DNA of 53,585 nt, from assembly GCA_913062915.1 (NCBI GenBank), contig CAJXWH010000001.1:1-53585 (forward strand), read 5' to 3'. The translations under genes and the position numbers were made by a program. The notes under the pieces are model-generated. The model ran no database searches. It was not told the origin of the DNA and was given only the letters and a program-made list of their open reading frames with translations. This document shows positions 8,150 through 19,054 of this stretch, piece after piece (within the stretch, counting starts at the first letter, position 1; each line of letters begins with the position of its first letter). The stretch is from an uncultured Acidiferrobacteraceae bacterium (GTDB taxonomy: Bacteria; Pseudomonadota; Gammaproteobacteria; Arenicellales; UBA868).

Positions 8150-10570
8150 CTACCCGCGCATGCGCTCCCCCTTCGGGTCAAACAGAGGTTCGGCAATCAA
8201 CCTAGCGTTTCGCCGCTCACCCAGAATTTCGATCTCAACCTCTCGGCCTTCGCTAATCAACGCGACCGGCAAGAATCCGATTGCAACTGATACGTTGCAA
8301 TAGTGAGCAAAACCCCCTGAAGTTACGAATCCCACCACGTCGCCCCCCACCCAGATCGGTTCGTCCCCATGCACATCGGCGTCTGTCGCCTCGACAACAA
8401 ATGTGCAAAGTTTTCGCTCTGGGCCTTGTTCTTTTTCATCCAACACTGCTCTCTTGCCAATAAAGTCCACTGGCTTTTGGTAGTCGACGAATCTATCGAG
8501 TCCGGTCTCACCTGGCATGTAGTCCGGCCTGAATTCGCGCAGCCAGGCGCCAAACGATTTCTCAAGACGAAGACTCATCATTGCCCGCATGCCAAAAGGG
8601 ACAAGACCGAGACTTGTGCCAGCCTCAGTCAAGGCGTGGTAGAGCGCGACCTGATTATCCCGATCAACGTAAATCTCGTAACCGAGATCCCCGGTATAGG
8701 AGATCCTCTGAACCTGTGCCCTACAGACTCCGATATCCATCTCGGCGATGGTCATAAATGGCAACGCCTCTTGCGACACGTCGTCCAATGCCACAGCCGC
8801 CAGCAGCGCCCTGGCCTTGGGCCCGGCAATCTGAAATCCAATCCGCTCGGTCGAGACATTACGTAGACCAACACCCGTTTTCGGAAGATGCTGAGCAAAC
8901 CACCGGGTGTGATAGGCCTGGGCACTGAAGGAAGCAATCAGCTGAAAACGGTCCTGCGCTAGGCGTGCAATTGTGAAGTCACCAATAATCTTACCTTTCG
9001 GACTTAACATCGGTGTCAAAGTCATTCGACCCAGCTTTGGTAGGCGGCCGGCCATCAACCAGTCGAGCCAATCAGCGGCTCCGTCGCCCTCCACCAGGTA
9101 TTTGCCGAAATTATGAATCTCGTTGATACCGACTGCCGTTCGCACGGCCTGGCACTCGCGTGCGACAGGTAAAAATGCATTCGATCGGCGAAAACTCGGC
9201 GTCTCCTCGAGCGGCTCTCCCTTGGGTGCAAAATAGTTCACTGCTTCCATACCATAGGCCGCTCCAAAGACCGCCCGGCGGGCCGTCCATAAACCGTAGG
9301 CGGGCGTCGTCTGAAATGGACGGGCAGCTGGTAGCTCTTCATTAGGGTAGGTGATAGAAAAGCGCCTTTGGTAGTTCTCCCGCACTTTTGCTCGGGTATA
9401 GCCTGGGGTAATCCAGTCACCGAATCGGGCCACATCCATCGCAAACACATCTCTCGAGGGCTCGCCATCAACCATCCACTCGGCTAAGGACAACCCCACA
9501 CCACCGCCCTGGCTGAAGCCGGCCATGACCGCGCATGCCGACCAGTAATTCCGAAGCCCAGGCACCGGGCCCACCAGCGGGTTGCCATCCGGTGCAAAGG
9601 TAAAGGGTCCGTTGATCACATTCTTTATTCCAGCGCGCTCCAACACCGGATACCGTTGAAACGCAGTTTCCATCGCGCTGCCAATGCGATCGAGATTATC
9701 GGCCAGTAGCTCATGTCCAAAATCAAGGGGCGTGCCGTCGACCGCCCAAGCGGTACAGTTTTGCTCGTAGAAACCAATCACCAGGCCCCGGCCTTCCTGA
9801 CGAAGGTAAGTCTCGCCGGATGGATCCATCACATGGGGAAGCTCCTGTTCTCGCTCATAGACCTCCGGCGTCGGCTCAGTGACCAAGTATTGGTGCTCCA
9901 TCGGGTGCAGCGGCAAATAGACGCCCGCCAGTGCGCCAACCTCGCGAGCCCAAAGTCCGGCTGCATTTACCACGTGCTCCGCATGAATCGTGCCCTGTTC
10001 TGTGACCACCTCCCAGCCGTCATCGGACAGCGGATTGGTTTCCAGTACAGGATTACGCAACACGACCTGAGCTCCCAATTGGGTGGCAGCGCTGGCATAG
10101 GCGTGAGTTGTTCCGGAGGGATCCAGATGCCCGTCAAGCGGGTCATACAGGGCTCCAATGACACCTTCCGTATTGACAATTGGCGCAAGTTTGGTGATCT
10201 CCTCTGGTCCGACGATCTCAGTCTGCAGCCCCATATAACGGTGTTTTGCACGAGCCGCCTTCAGGAAGTCCATTCGGTCTTGCGAAGTCGCCAGCGTCAG
10301 ACCACCGACATGATGCAGTCCACACGACTGGCCAGATATGTCTTCAAGTTCGCGATAAAGTTGAATTGTGTAACCCTGCAGAGCAGCCATGTTGGTATCG
10401 GCGTTCAACGTATGAAATCCACCTGCCGCGTGCCAAGTGGAGCCAGAGGTCAGTTCAGCGCGCTCGACCAACACCACGTCGGCCCATCCAAGCTTTGTCA
10501 AGTGGTAAAGCACCGAACAACCGACGACACCGCCGCCGATCACCACCACTCGCGCATGAGATTGCATCAT
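8150..10570 (-). CDS. FAD-dependent oxidoreductase fused to a GcvT-type folate-binding aminomethyltransferase domain (dimethylglycine/sarcosine dehydrogenase family)
   Basis: 806 aa. N-terminal VVVIGGGVVGCSVLYHL (GxGxxG). The C-terminal half has GcvT-like features (ISYTGDLGYEIY). The size and architecture are typical of DMGDH/SARDH. Confidence 0.85.
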   Translation of the reverse strand: MMQSHARVVVIGGGVVGCSVLYHLTKLGWADVVLVERAELTSGSTWHAAGGFHTLNADTNMAALQGYTIQLYRELEDISGQSCGLHHVGGLTLATSQDRMDFLKAARAKHRYMGLQTEIVGPEEITKLAPIVNTEGVIGALYDPLDGHLDPSGTTHAYASAATQLGAQVVLRNPVLETNPLSDDGWEVVTEQGTIHAEHVVNAAGLWAREVGALAGVYLPLHPMEHQYLVTEPTPEVYEREQELPHVMDPSGETYLRQEGRGLVIGFYEQNCTAWAVDGTPLDFGHELLADNLDRIGSAMETAFQRYPVLERAGIKNVINGPFTFAPDGNPLVGPVPGLRNYWSACAVMAGFSQGGGVGLSLAEWMVDGEPSRDVFAMDVARFGDWITPGYTRAKVRENYQRRFSITYPNEELPAARPFQTTPAYGLWTARRAVFGAAYGMEAVNYFAPKGEPLEETPSFRRSNAFLPVARECQAVRTAVGINEIHNFGKYLVEGDGAADWLDWLMAGRLPKLGRMTLTPMLSPKGKIIGDFTIARLAQDRFQLIASFSAQAYHTRWFAQHLPKTGVGLRNVSTERIGFQIAGPKARALLAAVALDDVSQEALPFMTIAEMDIGVCRAQVQRISYTGDLGYEIYVDRDNQVALYHALTEAGTSLGLVPFGMRAMMSLRLEKSFGAWLREFRPDYMPGETGLDRFVDYQKPVDFIGKRAVLDEKEQGPERKLCTFVVEATDADVHGDEPIWVGGDVVGFVTSGGFAHYCNVSVAIGFLPVALISEGREVEIEILGERRNARLIAEPLFDPKGERMRG

Positions 10571-10612
10571 GTGCTCCTGCCTAGAAGTATTACAGTAATC
10601 TCGAAAAACCTA

Positions 10613-12157
10613 TTAGGGTTCACCTGAGCCGATTTCGTGTTTGCGTTTCTCGACATATTCATCAATCGCTTCCAGCCGTCCAGGGTCGATCGGCGGCGGC
10701 TCGAAGCTGTGGATCGCCTGCTGCCAAAGATCGGTGGCCCGCTGGGTTGCGTCTTTGGCGCCAGCTTCTACCCAGCTTTCATTATTTTGCCAGTCGCTTA
10801 GAAGCGGTTGGTAAAAGGCACTCTCGTAACGCTGCATGGTGTGCTCCGTCCCAAAGAAATGCCCACCAGGGGGCACCGCTCCAATGGCATCCAGAGCGAG
10901 TTCTTCGGTGTTCACTTTAGGTTTGGAAAACAGGCAAGTCAGATTCTGCAGAATTTCAACATCGATGATGACTTTCTCGAAAGATGCGACCAAGCCGCCC
11001 TCAAGCCAACCTGCCGCGTGATACAAAAGATTCCCATTCCCAAGTACAGCGCTCCACAGCGACATCTGGGTTTCGTAAACCGCCTGAGCATCTGCGGTAT
11101 TCGATGCATTGCAACCACTCGATCGATACGGTAAACCGTAATGGCGCGCCAGTTGGCCGCCCGCCAGATTTGCCTTAGCATTTTCCGGTGTTCCGAATGC
11201 CGGAGCGCCCGAGCGCATATCCACATTCGAAGTAAAACCGCCGTAGACCACCGGTGTACCTGGAAAGAAAAGTTGCACCATCGCAATCCCGAAAAGCGCT
11301 TCCGCATTCTGTTGCACGAGCCCAGCAGCGAGTGTAACGGGCGTCATGGCCCCCATCAGGGTAAACGGAGTTACGATGACTGCTTGCCCGTACTCGGCAA
11401 GAGCGAGCGCACCCTCTGACATCGCCTCATCGAGCTTGCGTGGCGAGTTGATATTGATGTTGCCAAAAAGAGACGGGCTGATCGCGAGTTCCCCCAAAGA
11501 CAAACCCCGCGCCCGTGCGACCATCTCTACGGCGTCGCGAACCCGCCCTCGACCGATGGGGACAGCCGAAAATACCTTGTCACTTAGTATTAGCGATGCC
11601 CGATACGTGTCGAGATGCCGGGTCTGGGCGGGCAGGTCAATAGGAGCAACCGACTGGTTGCCAAAAAAATGGATCGCATTGAACGTTTGTCCAAGTTGAA
11701 CCAGTCGTTCGTAATCCGCGAAGTTACCCGGCCGACGACCGTTGACACAATCGTGCACATTGGGCGGGCCTGACACCATACCAAAATGAATATGTGCGCC
11801 ACCCACCTCGAGCCGGCGGTTGGGGTTTCTCGGCGTCAGTGAGAATGCGCCTGGCGCCCGTGCCACCAGGTCCAATACCAACTCCCGATCAGGCCGTACA
11901 ATCCCGTGGCTGTCATCCACACGGGCCCCAGCTCCGCGAAAGCTAGCCCGAACCCGCTCACTTAACACTTCGATGCCGTAGTCCTCAAGCACCGTCATCG
12001 ATGCCTCGTGAATCGCGCCCAACTGATCGCCGCTTAAAGGCTCTAACGGTGGATAGGGGTTAACCAGATTGATCCAGGGCAGTTGATGAGCCAAAGAATC
12101 CGCAACCCGAGCCAACTTACGTTGACCTCGGCCACTTCTTTTCGCGCCTCGGCGCAT
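10613..12157 (-). CDS. Trimethylamine methyltransferase (MttB) superfamily protein, non-pyrrolysine type
   Basis: 514 aa with an Arg-rich N-terminus (MRRGAKRSGRGQRK), typical of the aerobic MttB-like clade. There is no in-frame amber codon. ATG at 12157. Confidence 0.8.
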   Translation of the reverse strand: MRRGAKRSGRGQRKLARVADSLAHQLPWINLVNPYPPLEPLSGDQLGAIHEASMTVLEDYGIEVLSERVRASFRGAGARVDDSHGIVRPDRELVLDLVARAPGAFSLTPRNPNRRLEVGGAHIHFGMVSGPPNVHDCVNGRRPGNFADYERLVQLGQTFNAIHFFGNQSVAPIDLPAQTRHLDTYRASLILSDKVFSAVPIGRGRVRDAVEMVARARGLSLGELAISPSLFGNININSPRKLDEAMSEGALALAEYGQAVIVTPFTLMGAMTPVTLAAGLVQQNAEALFGIAMVQLFFPGTPVVYGGFTSNVDMRSGAPAFGTPENAKANLAGGQLARHYGLPYRSSGCNASNTADAQAVYETQMSLWSAVLGNGNLLYHAAGWLEGGLVASFEKVIIDVEILQNLTCLFSKPKVNTEELALDAIGAVPPGGHFFGTEHTMQRYESAFYQPLLSDWQNNESWVEAGAKDATQRATDLWQQAIHSFEPPPIDPGRLEAIDEYVEKRKHEIGSGEP

Positions 12158-12243
12158 GACTCATCCGAGCGACCGATCAGCCGCCTGGTTACAGGAAGAC
12201 CCCAAAATAACCCGTAATAAAAGTTACCGGGTGAATTGCTTGA

Positions 12244-13590
12244 TTATCCAAGTACCGCCTGGGTCGATGCCGCAAGGATCTCTGCGATCTCGTCGATTGT
12301 GCTTTCCTCCGTCACGATGGGTGGCGCAATACAGTAAACGTCGCCGCGAGTCCGGCTGAACATTCCACGCTCTACCGTTTCTCCATGAATTCTGGCACCG
12401 ATATTTTCTTTGGCATCGAAAGGCTCCCGGGTACCACGATCCTGAACGTACTCGACCGCACACATCATGCCAAGCCCCCGGACATCACCCACATTCGGAT
12501 GATCCGACAAAGCCTCTTTGAGCTTAACCAGCAATCGCTTGCCCTTTCGTTCCGCCTGCCCAACGAAGTCCTCTTTCTCAATTATTTCTAGCATCGCAAG
12601 AGCGACAGCACACCCCACCGGATGAGAACTGTAGGTGTAGGCATGCATCCAGGGGGACCCACTGTCATTCATCACCGCTGCGATTTCGTCACTCACGCCG
12701 ATTCCACCCAGGGGAAAATAACCCGAGGTAATCGCCTTGGCGAATTGAATCAAATCGGGCTGCACGTTCCAGTGCTCGAGTCCAAACATTTTTCCGGTTC
12801 GACCGAAACCTGTAATTACCTCATCTGCGACCAACAGTACATCGTACTGGTCGCAGATCTCGCGAATTCTCTGAAAGTAATCATCCTGCGGCACGATCAC
12901 ACCGCCAGCACCTTGGACTGGTTCCGCTAAAAACATCGCGACGGTATCGGGACCTTCGTCCAGTATTTGTCTCTCGAGTTCGTCTGCGGCTGCAATTCCC
13001 TGACTCTGCGATCCTGCCGGTGCATCATAACGATACGGGTAAGGGGTCGGGATATGACTGAACCCTGGAATCCGAGGCTCAAACATCGGCCAGTACGACG
13101 CGATACCCGTTGCGCACATCGCGGCGAACGTCACACCGTGATACCCCCAAATTCTTGATATCACCTTGGTCTTGTCGGGCTTACCCCTGAGCTTCCAGTA
13201 ATACCGGGCGAGCTTGATGTTGCTGTCGGTCGACTCGCCGCCACCGGAGGTCAGGTAAAAATGATTGATGTTGGGATAAGTAAGCCCGGCCAAGCGTTCT
13301 GCAAGTTCGATCGCGCACGGATTGGAACTGCCAACGTATCCTGATGCAAACCCCATTGTTCGCATCTGCTTGGCGGCTGCATCTGCAAGTTCTGTTCTGC
13401 CGTTACCCGCTGTATTGTTCCAGAGGCCCGACAAACCATCGATAAACCGGTTGCCATCGGCATCGACAAGATAAGCGCCCTCACCTCTCACCCAGACCTT
13501 GCCGGTTGCATGCGCCTCGGGTGCATGCAATGGATGAATAAGATGTGCGCTGTCGCGGTTCAACAACGATGATTCAGCAGAATCGACCAT
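12244..13590 (-). CDS. Class-III PLP aminotransferase (omega-amino acid / beta-alanine:pyruvate transaminase-like)
   Basis: 448 aa. Motifs: DEVITGFGRTG and the FAKAITSGY PLP-lysine region. AAGGAGG lies upstream of the ATG at 13590. Confidence 0.85.
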   Translation of the reverse strand: MVDSAESSLLNRDSAHLIHPLHAPEAHATGKVWVRGEGAYLVDADGNRFIDGLSGLWNNTAGNGRTELADAAAKQMRTMGFASGYVGSSNPCAIELAERLAGLTYPNINHFYLTSGGGESTDSNIKLARYYWKLRGKPDKTKVISRIWGYHGVTFAAMCATGIASYWPMFEPRIPGFSHIPTPYPYRYDAPAGSQSQGIAAADELERQILDEGPDTVAMFLAEPVQGAGGVIVPQDDYFQRIREICDQYDVLLVADEVITGFGRTGKMFGLEHWNVQPDLIQFAKAITSGYFPLGGIGVSDEIAAVMNDSGSPWMHAYTYSSHPVGCAVALAMLEIIEKEDFVGQAERKGKRLLVKLKEALSDHPNVGDVRGLGMMCAVEYVQDRGTREPFDAKENIGARIHGETVERGMFSRTRGDVYCIAPPIVTEESTIDEIAEILAASTQAVLG

Positions 13591-14125
13591 GGGGCCTCCT
13601 TATTGGGATCGACATGACCCGTAGACACTAATCTTAACCAACTCTCCGATTGAAATGTTGTGGTCATTGCCCTAGGGATAACGGGAACTGATATTTGTGG
13701 GGACCACTAGGCAAGACCATGCTTCTCGCCACACTTCGCCATTGCATCTACCCCGTCACGATTGGCCAACGGCCTCCGGGCTAGAATGCTGGAACCATAA
13801 TCCATGGAAAATTTCCCCTCTGTTACGAAACATCCAAACGATGAAGACGGACCTAACAGCCTGAACGCTGTTATCGAGCTCTGCCGACACCTCATCGACC
13901 CGCCCTCAGCAGGTGCCGGATGAATGATCTTTCTCTAAGCGGTCCAGCACCATCGACTCAATTTATCTACCTGATCGAAAGACGGGATCGTACACAAACC
14001 CGAACTAAGCCCGAAACTCGATCACAAATGAGCAGAGCTTAACCTCTTATCGAATTGCGATGCACAGGCAGAGCGATTGCTACTGGCCAAGCTCCAAAAT
14101 CTCAACCCGCTGAATTTACTGATTT

Positions 14126-15130
14126 TTAAATGTTAAATTCCGGAATGACATGTTCCGTGTAGTCTGCGATTAATTTCTCCTCGTCCCCATTATCGATATA
14201 AATATTAAACTGCGTGATTCCTGCCGATTCGAGTCTCTTAATCTTCTCGATATGCTGTTGGGGAGTGCCTAAAACACCAAAACTTTCAACAATCTCGGGC
14301 GTAATAAAATCGAGATATGGATTATCACTCTGTCCGTGCTTGTGATAATCGTAACCACGTCGTTTTTCGATATATGAGACAAAGCTCTTGGGGACCGAAC
14401 GGGTGTCAGCCCCGTATCTTTCAACGATGTCAGCGACATGGTTGCCCACCATTGCTGGAAACCATTTGGTCTTTTCGACACAAATATCCATTGGGCCGAT
14501 ATAGGCTGGGGCAGCAGACATCACACTATAATTAGACATGTCGCGACCGATTGCCTGCCCCGCCGATACTGCCTGATTGGCCAGCCATTGACAGATTTCC
14601 GGCTCAGCAATTTGCAGAATCAGCCCGTCGCCCTTTTCGCCAGCTACTTTAATCGCCTTCGGGCCATAGGCGGCAATCCAGATGGGCAGCTCGTAGCCAT
14701 TACTCCAAGTAAAACGAACAGGTGCTGCGCAGTTCTCATACGTAACCGCGTCGCCTCGAATCATCGCTTTCACTTTATCGGCAAATTCGGAAACTTGAGC
14801 GAGATTTGCAGGCCGCTTTCCCATCACCCTCAGAGAACTGTCTCCTCTTCCCAGGCCAATATCAAACCTTCCGCCACTTTGAACGACCAGGCTGCCAAAC
14901 AGACTTGCAGCGACTGACCAGTCTCGAACACCTGGGTTTGTCACGCATGGGCCGAACCGCATCTTAGTTGTATGTTCCATGCACATCGCCATAGCGATAT
15001 AGCTATCCCGCCACAGGATATGAGAATCAAAAAACCAGCAATATTCGAACCCCCCCGCTTCCGCTTGGCGGGTCAAATATCTCGCGCGATCCGGATGAAC
15101 CTCGCCCTTGAAACAAATACCAAATTGCAT
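14126..15130 (-). CDS. Luciferase-like (LLM) flavin/F420-type oxidoreductase
   Basis: TIM-barrel LLM pattern (MQFGICF...GFEYCWFFDSH...GLGRGDS). I prefer the ATG at 15130 over the TTG at 15148. The gene is visibly lower in GC than its neighbours. Confidence 0.75.
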   Translation of the reverse strand: MQFGICFKGEVHPDRARYLTRQAEAGGFEYCWFFDSHILWRDSYIAMAMCMEHTTKMRFGPCVTNPGVRDWSVAASLFGSLVVQSGGRFDIGLGRGDSSLRVMGKRPANLAQVSEFADKVKAMIRGDAVTYENCAAPVRFTWSNGYELPIWIAAYGPKAIKVAGEKGDGLILQIAEPEICQWLANQAVSAGQAIGRDMSNYSVMSAAPAYIGPMDICVEKTKWFPAMVGNHVADIVERYGADTRSVPKSFVSYIEKRRGYDYHKHGQSDNPYLDFITPEIVESFGVLGTPQQHIEKIKRLESAGITQFNIYIDNGDEEKLIADYTEHVIPEFNI

Positions 15131-15335
15131 ACCAGCGCCCTCGTTCAATAATTTTGAACCGCGTACAAGTCTTCCTCTATTTGATAAGCCAGCTCAAATC
15201 AAAATGCCAGTTCCAGCGTTACTCTATTTCAAATTGGGTTAATCTTTGGCCGACTTGAGCATCGCAAAAGGAAAAGCCATTATGGAGAAGTCGCAATTGA
15301 TGTCCCTACAGCTCCGCCCATTCTAAAAGCGAAAG

Positions 15336-16778
<1,443 letters not shown>

Positions 16779-16885
16779 CTATCTCCTGTCTCTAACCCAA
16801 GTTAAAAATCCAGTTCGTTGATACCCCCGAAACATTAACACACCCACAGAGAGTTACGTTATCAACATCTACGCGATGATTGAAA

Positions 16886-17752
16886 TCAATTCAAGGCGAC
16901 GAGACTGTCATAGGTTTCCGGTCGACGGTCGCGGAAAAATTGCCAAGTGTCCCGGACTTCCCGAACCATGTTCATATCGAGTTCATGCACCAGTAATTCA
17001 TCCTTGTCGGCGCTCGCCTGCGCCTCAATCTGGCCGCGCGGGTTGACGAAATAGCTTGAACCGTAGAACTCTCCAATATTCCAGGGGGCTTCTGTACCCA
17101 CTCGGTTGATGGCGCCGATATAGACGCCGTTGGCTGCTGCCGAGGCAGGCTGTTCCAGCTCCCAAAGATACTGCGACAGCCCAGCGACCGTAGCCGATGG
17201 GTTGTATATCACCTCGGCGCCGCCTAGAGCGAGTGCGCGCCAGCCTTCGGGGAAATGTCGGTCATAACAGATATACACCCCGATCGCGCCGTAGGCTGTC
17301 CGAAACACGGGCCAACCAGATGCGCCGGGTTTGAAGAAAAACTTTTCCCAGAATCCAGCCACATGCGGAAGGTGGGTCTTTCGATATTTCCCCATATACG
17401 TCCCGTCAGCGTCGAGCACAGCTGCGGCGTTGTAATACACACCCGTCATGGCCTCTTCGTAGATTGGAACGATGATCACCATATTGTGCTTGCGGGCATA
17501 TTCCTGCATCAGCTTGACGGTATAGCCATCCGGAATTGGCTCTGCTGCCGCGTACCAACGGCTATCCTGGCTGGGGCAAAAATATGGCTGCGTGAAAACT
17601 TCCTGAAAACACAATACCTGTACGCCTTGCGCTCCTGCTTCGTCGACCAGCGGCAGATGCGCCTCCAACATGTGATCCCTGATTTCTTTGGGCGTCATCG
17701 AAGCATCGCCCTTGAGGCTCATTTGAATCAGACCCGATTTCAATTTACTCAT
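16886..17752 (-). CDS. Nitrilase-superfamily carbamoylase (beta-ureidopropionase / N-carbamoyl-amino-acid amidohydrolase-like)
   Basis: 288 aa. The Glu-Lys-Cys triad context is present: CFQEVF, YRKTHLP, GVYICYDRHFPE. Confidence 0.85.
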   Translation of the reverse strand: MSKLKSGLIQMSLKGDASMTPKEIRDHMLEAHLPLVDEAGAQGVQVLCFQEVFTQPYFCPSQDSRWYAAAEPIPDGYTVKLMQEYARKHNMVIIVPIYEEAMTGVYYNAAAVLDADGTYMGKYRKTHLPHVAGFWEKFFFKPGASGWPVFRTAYGAIGVYICYDRHFPEGWRALALGGAEVIYNPSATVAGLSQYLWELEQPASAAANGVYIGAINRVGTEAPWNIGEFYGSSYFVNPRGQIEAQASADKDELLVHELDMNMVREVRDTWQFFRDRRPETYDSLVALN

Positions 17753-18015
17753 GGTTGGTCTCCATACCTCTAATTACAAAGGTTCAATGGGCCGGGCAAA
17801 CTCAAGCGCGCCGCTGGTTGCCCGGTGTCGGGTAACAACCCGTCAACGATCGTCGCTACGTGACCCTTGTTAGGATATAAAATTATCACAATCCCAGTCG
17901 AACGTCTTTTCAGTTTCGAGGCCCTGCAGGTAGCTTCTCCGTTGCCAGGGCTCTCAACGGGGAAGGACTTCGCCCGTTACCATACCTGCCGCTGTGTGCA
18001 AACCCCGCTCAAACC

Positions 18016-18903
18016 CTACACCGGTCGGCTCTTTCTGGTGACCATGAAAACCCCCACTGCAGCCAGCCCCATTCCGGCCATCGCCCGGACTGCCATGGTT
18101 TCTCCGAAGAAGATCCATGCCAGAACCGCCGTTACCGGCGGCACCATAAAAAAGACACTGGCCACCCGCTCTGCGGCACCATAACGTACCAATAACCACA
18201 ACAACGTGACAGCACCGAGAGATAAAACAATGATCAACCAGGCCAGGGCAATCAGAAATACCGGTGTCCAGCTAATCACCTGCTCCTCAAACCATGCTGA
18301 GCAGGCCCACATCAGCAAGGCCGCACCCGCAAACTGGATGAGAGAACCCGTTCGAAGATCCATATGTACGCAGTAGCGCTTGTGATACAGCGTTCCCACA
18401 CTGATTCCGAGAACAGCCGCAACACTGAATGCCAGCCCGAGCACCTCTCCGCTGAATGTCGCAACACCCGAAGTGACCACCAGAAGAACCCCCGCAGTAC
18501 CAATAACAAAGCCCACCCACTGTGCCGCCTGGAGTCGACGACCGAGGAAAGGACCAATCAACATGGCGGTGATGATCGGTTGCAAACTGACAATCAACGC
18601 GCTCGACCCAACCGGCAATCCCAAATTGATTCCAACAAAAACCCCGCCGAGGTATACACCATGGACCAGAATTCCCGACACGGTAATGTGCCCTGCTTCG
18701 CGCCAACTTTCTGGCCAAGGGCTGCGGGTAAACCAAACCACCGGCACCAGGAGTAATGCAACGAGACTGAAGCGCAACGCCAGAATAGTGGCAGGTTCTG
18801 CGTACGGCAAAATGAATTTCGCTCCGATAAAACCGGTACTCCACAGCAGAACAAAAATTCCAGGCGCGAGCACTGTAATTACAAAAGATTTCTCGATATG
18901 CAT
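18016..18903 (-). CDS. DMT-superfamily (EamA) transporter
   Basis: 295 aa. About 10 hydrophobic helices and duplicated EamA-type halves. Confidence 0.8.
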   Translation of the reverse strand: MHIEKSFVITVLAPGIFVLLWSTGFIGAKFILPYAEPATILALRFSLVALLLVPVVWFTRSPWPESWREAGHITVSGILVHGVYLGGVFVGINLGLPVGSSALIVSLQPIITAMLIGPFLGRRLQAAQWVGFVIGTAGVLLVVTSGVATFSGEVLGLAFSVAAVLGISVGTLYHKRYCVHMDLRTGSLIQFAGAALLMWACSAWFEEQVISWTPVFLIALAWLIIVLSLGAVTLLWLLVRYGAAERVASVFFMVPPVTAVLAWIFFGETMAVRAMAGMGLAAVGVFMVTRKSRPV

Positions 18904-19054
18904 GGTATAAGTCTCTGTCTTTCGCTTTTATAGAGAACCCATCATCGAACGTGTGCCGCGTGATCCAACACTCCAGATATCGATCGAATGTTGCATTTTA
19001 AATCGTGTGCCCCTATGTTCTTTTCACTGCGAATAAAATCTCCCAACTGATTTT

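Noticed and set aside
9713-10627. 304-aa plus-strand ORF.
   Set aside because: It is entirely antisense to the well-supported FAD/GcvT dehydrogenase gene. It is Arg/Ser/His-rich with no motif. This is a typical shadow ORF of a GC-rich coding region.
10613-12157. Checked the MttB homologue for an in-frame amber (pyrrolysine) codon.
   Set aside because: The ORF is uninterrupted for 514 aa, so it is a non-Pyl family member. No recoding is needed.
13707-13895. 62-aa minus-strand ORF in the long spacer.
   Set aside because: No SD and no motif. It is short and its composition is unremarkable. I treat it as non-coding and discuss the spacer itself as a finding.
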